This document shows positions 14,430 to 25,920 of a stretch of 64,000 bases of DNA, one piece after another. This DNA is from Sminthopsis crassicaudata (Eukaryota). The DNA is taken from positions 646,702,958 through 646,766,957 of the forward strand of contig NC_133617.1 of the NCBI RefSeq assembly GCF_048593235.1, read 5' to 3'. Under the pieces are notes generated by a model, which made no database searches, was not told the DNA's origin, and saw only the letters and a list, made by a program, of their open reading frames with translations. A program made the position numbers and the translations under genes. Position 1 is the first letter of the stretch, and every line of letters begins with the position of its first letter.

Positions 14430-15270
14430 CAAACCCACATAATAAAAATGACAATTCTACCTGTGAGAAATAGTGGGATACTTGATATTTGTAACTTGGC
14501 TGTAAAGATAAGGAATTAGAGCGGGAATCAAGTCAATGGTTTATACTACCTTGGTCAGCAATAGTGCTTGTAGTCAACAAAAGAATGTATTCCAACACAA
14601 AGTCAGGAGGAAGCGAAGAGTGAAGTATCCTGTTAAGATATCTCCAACTAATCACCTTGTGAGTCAAGGAACTGGCAAAATATAAAGTCTCTGAAAAAAG
14701 GGCCCAGGCCTAAAACTGGCTAAAACCATCTGGGGTCAATGAAGGGACACAAGCTTTTTTGTAAATGCTCAAACTTAATGAACCTCATGCAAATTAACTG
14801 ACATCTCAGGGCGGGATTAGTCATCATCTTTGAATATAAGATATATGATCAAGGAGGGGGCATATTAAGGAGTGGATGTAGTGGGAGTGGAATTATATAA
14901 CCAGTGGAAACTCAGAGGAGGAGGAGGAGGCAGGGTTAGGGGAGGATTACAAGGTGTAATTGATGGCTCTGATACCTGTGTATTAAAAAGTGAAATTGTT
15001 CATTTACAGCACCCTTTTGGGAGTTCATCCCTAAATTAATCAACTTAACTTAGTGCCATCCCAATTAAGCTAACAAAAAATTATTTTATTGAGTTAGAAT
15101 AGATGATAACAAAAGGTAAAGAATATCAAAGAACTAATTTTTTTTAATTAAAAAGGAAATACAGTTCTTAAACTGTATTATAAGGCATTAATTAAAATCA
15201 TCTAGTACTGGAAAGGAACAGAATGGTGGATCCAGAAGAATAAAGTGGGTAAACAATGAACAATTGTTAA
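14430..15270 (+). mobile_element. Old L1 ORF2 fragment split by the 14462-15027 LTR
   Basis: Degenerate IIKMTILP-KLI...AIPIKL.KNYFIELE motif spans the LTR. Confidence 0.65.
14462..15027 (+). mobile_element. Solo LTR (ERV1-like) inserted in an old L1 ORF2 fragment
   Basis: TGTGAG...GAGTTCA with ATTAAA near 14986 and 4-bp flanks TACC/TCCC. The L1 sequence ataaaaatgacaattctacc|taaattaatc reads through once the LTR is removed. Confidence 0.7.
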
Positions 15271-15283
15271 TATTTTAACTTAA

Positions 15284-15795
15284 TGATAAGAATACCATAG
15301 CTATAGAATAACTGATGTCATAATGATTATAGTATAGCTTCTAGGGAAATATAGCAGTGATTTTGGGTCCCCTGACCTTAAGGGGCTTCTATTCGGGCAA
15401 TCTATCTGATTCCAAAGTCCTCTGGCTTTGTAATCTGATCCAAAAGCTCCCCCATCTCCAACCTAAGAATACTATTGTTCTAACAATCTGTCTATCAACA
15501 AACATTACAGTCAGTTGGTCAGTGATAACCAAAATCCAGAGACTACTCCTTGATCCTACCTCTGGGCCATAAAATTAGCTTATCAATAACATGTAGAACT
15601 AGATAATTGTGTCTCCTTGCTTCAGTTCCTTTGCTAAATTCTTTTGGAATTTAGACGGCTTCAATTGGCATTACAATTACAATAAACTTTGCCCTGGACT
15701 TGGAGATGAGTTCAAGCCTGCAAATTCTTTTGAGGCACTTCATGACACCAGTCTGTGACCCTCAATCTTTCGGGGTCCCTTCCCAAACCTCAACA
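15284..15795 (+). mobile_element. Probable solo LTR
   Basis: TG...CA ends, AATAAA near 15681 followed by a U5-like segment, imperfect 4-bp flanks TTAA/ATAA. The 5' boundary is uncertain. Confidence 0.55.
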
Positions 15796-17568
15796 ATAAT
15801 AAGATGTAGGTCTATAATTTATAGCAAGGTTAGGGAACCTTTTTTCTTCCAAGTACCATTTAGATATTTACAGCATCATTCATTGGCCATACAAAATTAT
15901 CAACTCATAGAACTCAAACATTGGTAGATTATTCTACCTAGCTTTCAGCTCACCATCCTTGGTGATTGATTAGATAAATGATTTGATTTCCTGCCTGTAG
16001 GCCAAAGATTCCCCACCTTGAGCAAAAAAAAAAAAAAAAAGTATTGGGGGGGGGGGACATTCTTCAATTTGGATACCATTTAATAAGCATGCAATCATTT
16101 ATATGAGGAAATGAAGTAAGGAACTTGTCTTTCAAGTTGTTAACCAAAAAAAAAAAGGTTAATTTTTAAAAATAAGTTTATTAAAAAGAAGACTCCAAAA
16201 TTGAAAGGACAGAGGCACAGTTTTCAATATTACTGGAAATATATTGACTTTCTCTGTACTTGACAGAATTCATTTAAGATTGAAACAGCATAGGGTATTT
16301 GCTATCTAAATTCTCTGAAGTTTCAGGTGAACTATGGGATCCTAATTTGACGATTTCTTATAGCTTTATTTTGAATAAGGTCAGAACTGTAAGGTTTGAG
16401 CTGGTTTTCACAACATGAACTAGTCGTTGGAGAAGCAAATTTTGAGTCTGTGCCAACTTTTACTGAAATTACTGTTTTGTAAGAAATTCTAGCAGGAACA
16501 TATAAGGGACCTCTACAAGTAATTTGGAAGCAGAATGGAAAATCCAATGGAGCAATATGCTTGAGAATATGATGTTTTTCAAAATACCCCAAGGGAAGTT
16601 ACAACTGCATAAGGATATCTATAATGGAAGATAGATTGCACATCTGAAAAGGTTACCAAATTGCAGGGAGATTTTATGTTTATTAATATTGGTGTTCATT
16701 TTCAAACCCCTTTGACTTTTATTTTCTGTATCTGTATATTGTTTTCTTGGTTTTCCTCATTTTGATTTTTCTCTTTGGATAAATCCCAAATTTCAGACAT
16801 TCACTTTGTAACTGGTGCTGGATAGTATCCACAGTAAAGTTTTACCAAGTGTGCTTTCTGTGTACACTTTTGACCAACATCAGGGGAATATTAAGGAATG
16901 TTAAGGGGTATCCTAAATTTGTCTTTTTGAGTTGCCATATATTCCAGAAACATTGGACCGAGAGTATACAGAAGGTCCTAAATATATATCAAAGACAAAA
17001 TTCTGCATCCCCCCCCACTTGGAGCTGATATAATTTGTCATTTGTTTTGTAAACTCGATTACCTTGGGAGTCAGGACAGATACCAGGCAGTCTGCACTAG
17101 GCTGAGAATCTGCTTATGCAACTCATACCCTTTTAGATAAGCAGACCATCATATCTTCATGGTCCAGCAGTTCCCAAGGAAAAAGAAAGCAGATTTTACC
17201 AGCATCTTATTCCTCTTCTGGGAAAATGTTTTGTGTCCTTTTCTTTACTCTACCTTCCCTTCTCCCACATCACACCCATTAGGTAGAGATTTGTTTCCTT
17301 CTCATCTTTTGCTGTCCAGTCATGAATATCCAAACTTCTATATGGATTATGAACTCTTTCTGTTCTACAAGCATGTTCATTCCTCTTATAATAAGCTTAG
17401 TTCCATGAATATGTGACTGTTCACAGACATCCTCTTTCTGGGACAATTCTGGTCTTTTTCTATGATTGCTATCACACATGAACTAGTTCACTTTTAAAGC
17501 CATAAACCTGAACATCTTCCTGTGAAGATCTGGTCTAGCTCCTCTTGTCAGCATAAGCAAAAGTCCTT

Positions 17569-17587
17569 GCCCCACGTGTGGATGCCA
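17569..17587 (-). promoter_or_regulatory. Retroviral primer-binding site, tRNA-Lys1,2 type (degenerate)
   Basis: Minus strand TGGCATCCACACGTGGGGC, 2 nt after the LTR end, versus canonical TGGCGCCCAACGTGGGGC. Confidence 0.75.
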
Positions 17588-18352
17588 ATTATAGCGAGCT
17601 GTTGTCTCTAGAAGCTGCCGGATCGCTCTCTGGGAAGAGATCTGCTGTGTCTACTCAAATCTCTCAGACAGATTCTTCTTCCTGTAATGAACCGTTGTCT
17701 CCAGGCAGTTGCTGTTAACTCTTGTCCAGAGAAGTGACTTCCCTTCCTGCAGAGAGCCCCGTCAGGCCTGATGTAATGCAGAGACTTCTCCTATCTCTGG
17801 AGTGGTGTCCTCTTTTATCCTCCCAGAGAATGAGCGTGGGGTAATGCAAGGGCTTCTGGGAAGAACCACTTCAACCAATGAGCTTGCTCCTCTTAGGTTC
17901 TGAGCCAGAGAACTATCAAGTCAACCTGAGTTCTCACCTTGTAATTTGTAACGAGCTGTCGTCTCCAGAAGCTGCTGGATCGCTCTCTGGGAAGAGATCT
18001 GCTGTGTCTACTCAAATCTCTCAGACAGATTCTTCTTCCTGTAACGAACCGTTGTCTCCAGGCAGTTGCTGTTAACTCTTGTCCAAAGAAGTGACTTCCC
18101 TTCCTGCAGAGAGCCCCGTCAAGCCTGATGCAATTCAGAGTCTTCCTCTTTCTCTGAGAGTCCTCTTCTTTTATTCTCCCAGAGAATGGGCGTGGGATAA
18201 TGCAAGGGCTTCTGGGAAGAACCACCCCAGCCAATGAGCTTGCCCCCTCTATCAAGTCAACCTGAGTTCTCACCTTGTAATTGTCCAGAAAACCTGAATT
18301 CTCACCTTGTCACTGTCCAGACAACCTCAGTTCTCACTTAGTAATCCTAACA

Positions 18353-18820
18353 TCTGCAATTATGGGTGTGCCACAAGCAATAAAAACAGACAATGGACCT
18401 GCATATACGTCCAAACATTTTACACACTTTTGTGCACAGTATAAGATTTTACATACCACGGGCATACCCTTTAATCCTCAAGGGCAGGCAATAGTAGAGA
18501 GAAGAAACAGCCTCCAAAAACAAAAGAAAGGGGGAGCCACAGGTAGCCCTAGGGAACTTCTAAATTTAGTTCTCTATACCATTAATTTTCTAATTTTTGA
18601 CAAAGATGCACTGGCTCCAGCAGACAGGTTTTATAACCCACCAGAAGGGCAGTGTCCAGTGAGAGCATCTCCACTGTCCTTAGATAATCGCCAGGTGATG
18701 TGGAGAGATCCAGAAAGTGGTGAATGGAAGGGACCAGATAGGTTAACTGCCTGGGGGAGAGGGTTTGCTTGTATTTCTTCAGCAGGAGAAGGAATCAGAT
18801 GGGTGCCAACGAGTCATATT
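18353..18820 (+). pseudogene. ERV2 pol integrase fragment (catalytic core to C-terminal domain)
   Basis: Translation SAIMGVPQAIKTDNGPAYTS...HTTGIPFNPQGQAIVERRN...MWRDPESGEWKGPDRLTAWGRGFACI contains the betaretroviral KTDNGPAY, GIPxNPQGQAIVER and WKGP...WGRGxAC motifs. There is no RT/RNaseH or zinc-finger part. Confidence 0.92.
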
Positions 18821-19934
18821 CACCTTGTCACTGTCCAGACAACCTCAGTTCTCACTTAGTAATCCTAACAGTAATTATCAAGTCAACCTGAATTCTCACC
18901 TTGTCATTGTCCAGACAACCTGAGTTCTCACCTAGTAATCCTAACATCTTCCTATCCACCAGGTAAGATCTCTCAACCTTTAAGGATTAGGTACAACTTT
19001 TACCTCCTCTATAAAGGTTTTTGTGCCCTTACCAGACCCCCTTCTTGCCCCACAAGGCACTCTGTATCTCTTCTCTTGAATTTACCACATTTTGCTAATA
19101 TCACATTTATTTGTATATGTGTATACACACACACAAATATACACACATATTATCCCTCTGATGCAAAAGTCTAAAGGATAGTCCTCCAAGCTTTATATGT
19201 GTCGCTTCCCCATATGTGGTAAGCCTACCACAATGATTTACACATGCTATATATCCAATAAACATATGCTATCTACCCAACCTTAAATGTGCCTTCACTG
19301 AAGGATGGTAACCCTTTTATTAAACCTAATTGATTTTTTAAAAAATTTTACTCTCTCAGAACTTTTCCAAAACTCTGCACCTCCCATTTTACCCTCTCTC
19401 ATTTAAGCACCTTGTCTCATTGAGAAAACTGAGATGATTTGACATAAGTCTCTTTTCTCTCTTCTTGATATCAAATCTTTTAATATCCTCCCTCCAATAT
19501 TTCCCTCTTCTCCAATCTTTCCTCTTTTTAGCTAGTCATTGACAATGAGGTTATTATCCTTCCCAAAACTTGGGCATTTAATCCCATCCCTTAAACTATC
19601 ATCCTATATAATCTCTCCTGTTCTTAGACCAAGTCACTCAACTGAAACTGATCTCTCTAATTTTAATTTTCAGTTTAACTGTTTGAAAGTTAGAGATAAA
19701 AACTTTGCAAACCTTAGAAATATTATATAAATGCTTTTATGCCACATTGACTACAGTTCACAATGCCCATTACCTATTATATTTGCTTCTGTTATTACCC
19801 TTCCATAGTGAACAGACTTCCCTTAATCCTGAAGTTCTTTCTTTCACACACTCCTACTTAACTACTTCTTAGTTTATACATACAAACTTAATTCCTTCTC
19901 TTCTTAATGCTGGTAATATAAAACACCATCACAA

Positions 19935-20077
19935 NNNNNNNNNNNNNNNNNNNNNNNNNNNNNNNNNNNNNNNNNNNNNNNNNNNNNNNNNNNNNNNNNN
20001 NNNNNNNNNNNNNNNNNNNNNNNNNNNNNNNNNNNNNNNNNNNNNNNNNNNNNNNNNNNNNNNNNNNNNNNNNNNNN
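19935..20077. other. Assembly gap (143 N)
   Basis: Run of N. Confidence 1.
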
Positions 20078-20181
20078 TAGATATATATCCAAGAAACACT
20101 GAAAGCTGAAAAAGTTTGGTAAAGTTCTACATATTAAAAAATGCCAGGAAAATATAAAAGAATATATTATCTTTTTTCATT

Positions 20182-20327
20182 CTTTTGTGAGGCAATTGGG
20201 GTTAAGTGACTTGTCCAGAGTCACATAGCTTGGAAGTGTAACATGTAACAGATTGGGGCCAGATTTGAACTCAGTTACTCCTGATTTCAGGGCCAATGCT
20301 CTATCCACTGCGCCATCTAGCTGCCCC
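20182..20327 (-). mobile_element. WSINE1/SINE1-type marsupial tRNA-derived SINE
   Basis: Minus strand GGGGCAGCTAGATGGCGCAGTGGATAGAGC...GAGTTCAAATC...AAGTCACTTAACCCCAATTGCCTCAC followed by an A-rich tail. Confidence 0.88.
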
Positions 20328-20892
20328 AATATGTTCTTAACTGGAGGATAGAGGGGAGAATGAGGTCTCAGTTTAAAACAAGAGAAAGAGTAGGGGAGGT
20401 GTCTTTTTGCTTTTGTTTCACAGCATAGTTGAAAAACCTTATACTCTTCATATGCAGCCAGAACTTCTTCCTGACATCTTCCAAATGCCACTTCAAACAG
20501 ATGTCTAGGATATCCCACCTTTGTTGCTGATCTCTATCTTAATATCATGAGCACATATTGGCACCTGTCTGTCCAGTCAGGGAACAGTTTGTCCTATCAA
20601 TGTTCTCACTATTTTTGCATATTGCCTGTTTCTAGGTCTTTTTGACACTTTGCAGCACTTGGATATTTGTGTGTGCTTTTCCCAAGTCACAGCTACTTAC
20701 ACTACTTCAAGACCTCCTTTGGCTTCTGGTCTATAAGATTAGCCTCCTTACCTAAAATGTCCTCTTCAAACCGTCTTCCACAGAGAGTCAGTGCTGAAGC
20801 ACAGATCTGATCCTATTGCTCCCCTATGTAGTCAAATCCTGAGATTAATTTTTTGTTAGACTGGGGATCAATTAAATGCCTTTTAGCATTTT

Positions 20893-21645
20893 TTAAAATA
20901 TTTTAATAGTTTTTATTTACCAGATATATGCATGGGTAATTTTACAACATTGACAACTCCCAAACCTTTTGTTCTAATTTTTCCCCTCCTCCCCACCCAG
21001 ATGGCAGGTTGACCAATACATGTTAAATATGTTAAAGTATAAATTAAATACAATATATGTATACATGTCCAAACAGTTGTTTTGCTGTACAAAAAGAATC
21101 AGACTTTGAAACAATGTACAATTAGCCTGTGAAGGAAATCCAAGATGCAGGCGGACAAAATTAGAGGGGTTGAGAATTCTATGTAGTGGTTCATAGTCCT
21201 CTCCCAGAGTTCTTTCACTGGGCGTAACTGGTTCAGTTCATTACTGCTCTATTGGAGATGATTTGATTCATCTCATTGTTGAAAATGGCCACATCCATCA
21301 GAACTGATCATCATATAGTACTGTTGTTAAACAATCTCCTGGTCCTGCTCATTTCACTCAGCATCAGTCCATGTAAGTCTCTCCACGCCTTTCTGAAATC
21401 ATCCTGTTGGTCATTTCTTAAGAACAATAATATTCCATAATATTCATATGCCACAATTTATTCAGCCATTCTCCAATTGATGGGCATCCACTCAGTTTCC
21501 AGTTTCTAGCCACTACACAAAGGGCTGCCACAAACATTCTTGCACAAACAGGTCCCTTTCCCTTCTTTAAGATCTTTTTGGGATATAAGCCCAGTAGTAA
21601 CACTGCTGGGTCAAAGGGTATGCACAGTTTGATAACTTTTTGGCT
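20893..21645 (-). mobile_element. 5'-truncated L1 (ORF2 C-terminus plus 3' UTR)
   Basis: ORF VIKLCIPFDPAVLLLGLYPK...WLNKLW. 12-bp TSD TTTTAGCATTTT (20881-20892, 21646-21657), giving a TT/AAAA endonuclease site on minus. Confidence 0.9.
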
Positions 21646-22717
21646 TTTTAGCATTTTAACCCTTCATAACCCTTGCTTTGAGCCTCATTTTCAGACTTAA
21701 TTATTTATCTTTACACTTTCTTACATTATATCTCCAATATCTGTTGCTTCTGGATAAGCACTTCCCATGACTGTAGCATATTTCCAAATCAAATTTTGTC
21801 TCTTAGAGTTCTTGGTTTCCTTCAAAACTCAGATCAGATATCATAATTTATGTGAATTGATCTTTCTGCCCTAGTTTCCTCATCTTTATAAAAGAGGGAA
21901 TGTACCTTAGTATTATTTTACCCATCTCTAGACCAAAAAAAAAAAAAAATCCTACAAAACAAAAAGATTTCTAAGTTCTAGTCAGTTGACTTATTTCTAG
22001 GAATATGTTACAAGTAACAAAAACCCATTACGAAGAAATCCAAGGCAACTATACAGCTTAAAGAAACTTGAAAGATCATATAGTTTATACTCCTCATTCT
22101 ACACTTAGAGGAATTGTTACTTGAGAGGTTATTATGTAGCTACTAGGAAGAGAAGCAGGCCTTGAACTTGGGCCTATTGACTTTCAGATTCACTGTACTT
22201 TTCTCATTGGTTTTGACTTTTCTAATGAAGTCATATCAGATGATGACTATTGTCAATTATCTCAAAAATTTTTGTTTGCATTGTTTAATTGTATATCTTC
22301 TTCCTTAATAGACTTTTAAATTGTGAAGTTTCAGTTCAAAAAAGCAAATTAGGAAACTACAGTTATGTGAAGATAATAATGAAATTTTATTAAGTAATTT
22401 CTTAAATATGATTTAATGCAGATATTTCACTTTATAAGAAATAAATATTAAGAAATGGAAATTCAAGGATCTTATTAGCAAGGAGTTTTATCTTGTCACT
22501 TAGGAGCTATTTAATGAATTGCTATAGGTAGCCAGTCTTCTAAGTTTAACTGAAATTAACAGAGTAAGTCCTTGGATAACAGCCACACTGACTAGCATTC
22601 ATCTATACTTGAAGCTCTTCTAGAAACTCTTTCCAAGGTTGCTTCCTGTTGGCAAAACCTTTGAGAGCTTTGGGTCATGTTTTACTTATTGTGAAGTACT
22701 TATGTAGGATGTTAGTG

Positions 22718-22935
22718 TGACTGTTGTTCAGTTATTTAAATTGTGTCCTACCCTTTGGGATCCCATTTGGAGTTTTCTTGGCAAAGATGCTGGAGTTTGC
22801 CATTTCCTAATGAAGGAAACAGGATCAAGTGACAAGCTCAGGATCACTCATATAGTGTCTGAAGCCAGATTTGACTTCAGGGAGAGTTTTCCTGACTCCA
22901 GGCCTGGCCTCTATCCACTGTGCCACCTAGCTGCC
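22718..22935 (-). mobile_element. Mar1-type marsupial CORE-SINE
   Basis: gttgttcagt...ttttcttggcaaagatgctggagtttgccatttcc...ctctatccactgtgccacctagctgcc. Confidence 0.75.
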
Positions 22936-23222
22936 AGGATTTTAGTAGAGGGAATTAATTATTTTGATTGACTGAAACTAGACTTTCACTCATATTTTTA
23001 TTTATTTATTGCTACTTTGGGGAGATTGGATTGGTGGAGACCATGCTAAGCATGGTCCTGTAGGAGGGGCAGAATTGGTTCTAGAATTTGGGGAGGGAGA
23101 TATGTTTGGTTCAACCCATTCTTTAGAAACTTGTGCTACAAGTAGGGAAGGAAGCTACATACACATAGGACAAATTAATTCCTCGACTTGTCCTCTTGAT
23201 TCAGCTTGCCTTACTTACTTAC

Positions 23223-23237
23223 ATTGGAGACATAGCC
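23223..23237 (-). CDS. Candidate 15-nt in-frame microexon of TTC39B, (L)AMSP(M)
   Basis: Long T-rich tract ...ttttttttttctcgttgccttatctcactgaag|GGCTATGTCTCCAAT|gtaagtaagtaag. Phase 2 to phase 2, no stop. Confidence 0.35.
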
Positions 23238-23554
23238 CTTCAGTGAGATAAGGCAACGAGAAAAAAAAAAAACAAACAAAAAAACAAAACTGTAAGCTTT
23301 AAGCCAAAGGATTACGAACCAAAAAGAACCAATGAAAATTTCTCTCAAGATTTTGCAAAACCCAAGTTGAAGATATTTTACATATGATCAAGCCTCTCTT
23401 TTACCTTATCTATACAATCTCCACTTGAAAACCTTCATTAAAGAATTTTCAAAATCAAGGGAGATAATAACATTAAAATTAATTTATTTAGAAGCCTACT
23501 GTAACAAAGTATCAAATTATTGAGAAAATACACAATGAAAAACCTGTGAGCAAT

Positions 23555-23740
23555 TTAGTAGATAGCTTGCTGGGCTGGAGACAGAAACATTTGAGTTTAA
23601 ATATAGCTTCTGACACTTACTTGCTATGTGATTTTGAACAAGTCATTTAACTTCTCTCAACCCAAATTTCCTCAATGGTAGGACAGCATTTACCTTTCAG
23701 TGTTATTGAAAGGATAATAAATTATGATAAGGTCTGAGGA
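23555..23740 (+). mobile_element. MIR fragment
   Basis: gagtttaaatatagcttctgacacttacttgctatgtgattttgaacaagtcatttaacttctc. Confidence 0.6.
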
Positions 23741-25549
23741 GCAACTGTTTTTTAAAACATTAGAAATGTTGTTCTGCCACAGGTATCAAGCCTGATTTGG
23801 GTTTAATTTCATCTAGAAACTGGATAGAACCTCTGAAACCCAAATCTCCGGTTCATAGCAGAAAGGTAGAGAACAGCAATAACTCTAATATCCATCCCTC
23901 AATTAAATCCTGACTACCAAAACACAAAAATTAGAAGAAGCAACTGCATTTTTCAGAGGCAGTGTGGTATACTAAAAAGATGTGAAACAGATTAAAGTTC
24001 ATTTCTGGCTCCAACACCTACTATGCATATGATCACCAAAAAAAAAAAGAAAGAAAGAAAGAAAATAGTGTAGAACAGTAGAATGCACACACAACTTGGA
24101 TCAGAGAACTAATATTCAAAACCTAGTTCTACTATTTAATAGTGACAAGTACTAGTCAACAAGTACTTTTTTTAAAGACTGTTTTTCCCTAGGCCATTGT
24201 TGATTATCACAGAAACTTTACTCTCATGTGTTTTTTTAAAATTGGCTGGCTTAATATTCCTTAGGCAGTCAGCCTGGAAGCATCTTGCTCAAAGACTCAC
24301 AATATTGGAGCCAGATTTAGTGCAGAACACACCCAATCCACTTCAGCCCTACTGCATTCAGAACTCCCAAATTTAAGCCACTTCTTAGCCTCAGACTCAA
24401 CAATGGCAGGGATTAGAGATGTGTGTGGGTACCAGCATACCTAGCTCAACAAGCACTTTTAAAGTATCTACTATGTACCAGAAAACAGATACAAATATGA
24501 AGAATTAAGCCATTCTCAGAGTTTACATGGGGAGACATCTGAATATTTGCAGAATAAATGTAAAGAAAATATAAATATACCCAAAGTGATCATGCAGAGT
24601 AAATGGGGAAGAACTCCACAAAGTCCTACTCCAATGTTTCATAGGTTTCTCCTGTGTTCTTAAAGGTTAAGACAGTGTGGTGCAAGCTCTGGCAGGTTTT
24701 ACCATATTAGAAGGGCCTTACCCTGGTAACATATGGTAGTCTAGTTTCTGAGGACCCAGCAAGTTGATTACTGAAAATAGTAGTATCAAGTGAATAGCCA
24801 CCTGGTAATAGGGTTATTGTTTTGTTTTTAAAAACCACAGCAACCCACATTACATGTGATGAGGTTGCAACATATAACCAATGGTGAACTCTGAAGAGCA
24901 ACAAAAATAAAAGACATCAAGAAAGAAAAAATGGAAACCACATTCTAAAAACAAAGGCAATTATAAGTAGACAGTCAATATACTCCATTGGTCTCCTTTG
25001 CAATTTTGGGGGAAAGAGAGGAAGGCTTCCAGCAGACTGGATGGAAACCTTAGAGCCAACTTTTGGGAAAACCTGGATAAAAATCACATAGGATGAGAGG
25101 CACAAATGATTGTAACTTTCATTACTGGTGGGAACTTCCAAATAAATTATATCCTGGATTCATATGAATATGAGAGCTAAGGAGGAGAAGTACTAGCAGT
25201 TGTGGTCATCAAGAAAGGCTTCAAGCAGAAGATGGCAGTGGAGCTATGCTTCTAAAGTAATTCTCTGAGGTGGAAGTGAGAAAAGAATGCACAATGTCCT
25301 CTGAGGAGCAAAAAAGTCAATTTGTCTAGAGCAATTTAAATTGTGGTTTACAATCCCATGTGGGGTCCTTGTGACAATGTAGAGGCAGCAAAATTATGAT
25401 TGATTAACAATAACTATTTGATTTGTATACTTATTTTATGTACCTTTATTCTCAGAGTGACATAAAAATTTCTTGGATGAAAAGGGGTCACAAGTAAAAT
25501 AATATTAAGAAGCCCTGGTCTAAATCATAGAGTGCATAGGGAAGGAAGT

Positions 25550-25920
25550 AGGAAGAATATTGTACAAAGAAGATTTGTAAAGAGCTTTAAAAGCTAACCA
25601 GAGAAGTTTCTATTTTATCCTGAAAGCCAGAGTGTACTTCAATGGGGTAAGTAACATGGTCAGGTCTGTGTTCAAGTAAACTCTCTTAGGAAGTTGTGTG
25701 GAAAATAAAAGGGAGCAGAGAGAGACGCACAGGGGTAACAATCAGGAGGCTTTTGCAACAAATAATCTAGGTGAGGTGTGCTGATGGGGGCCTGAACTAA
25801 GATGGCTGATCTGTGGAAAAGGTGAAAGGAATGTATTTGGGAGATGAAGAGAAAGAAATAGCAGGATCTGACAAGTGATGTGAACTGAAGGAGAGAGGAG
25901 TCATAGATAATAAACAAAGG
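25550..25920 (-). mobile_element. L2 fragment
   Basis: ggaggcttttgcaacaaataatctaggtgaggtg...ggcctgaactaagatgg...gaatgtatttgggagatg antisense L2 pattern. Confidence 0.55.

Larger units (their letters stand above)
17521..18946 (-). mobile_element. Rearranged ERV2 (betaretrovirus-like) insertion: U3 fragments, inverted integrase piece, two tandem LTRs, PBS and short leader
   Basis: TG...CA termini flanked by direct repeat TCTTCC (17515-17520 and 18947-18952). LTR copies at 17590-17946 and 17947-18352. TATA-like GGGAGGATAAAAG on minus near 17815. Confidence 0.8.

Noticed and set aside
18255-18352. Repeats of about 30 bp (caacctgagttctcaccttgt...) resembling a short array
   Set aside because: These are U3 enhancer-type repeats inside an ERV LTR with no unique spacers; not CRISPR.
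19904-20092. ORF-track entries spanning N runs (also 38363-38746)
   Set aside because: Artefacts of assembly gaps.
20182-20327. tRNA-like A/B boxes
   Set aside because: Head of a tRNA-derived SINE with CORE body and A-tail; not a tRNA gene.
24722-24890. Strong acceptor (ttttatttttgttgctcttcag) and donor (AGG|gtaagg) enclosing 169 nt whose frame contains YVATSSH, faintly like human DMATSSL
   Set aside because: 169 nt shifts the frame between the phase-2 flanking exons, the internal GT alternative gives 89 nt (also incompatible), and similarity is limited to four residues. At most a poison or pseudo-exon.
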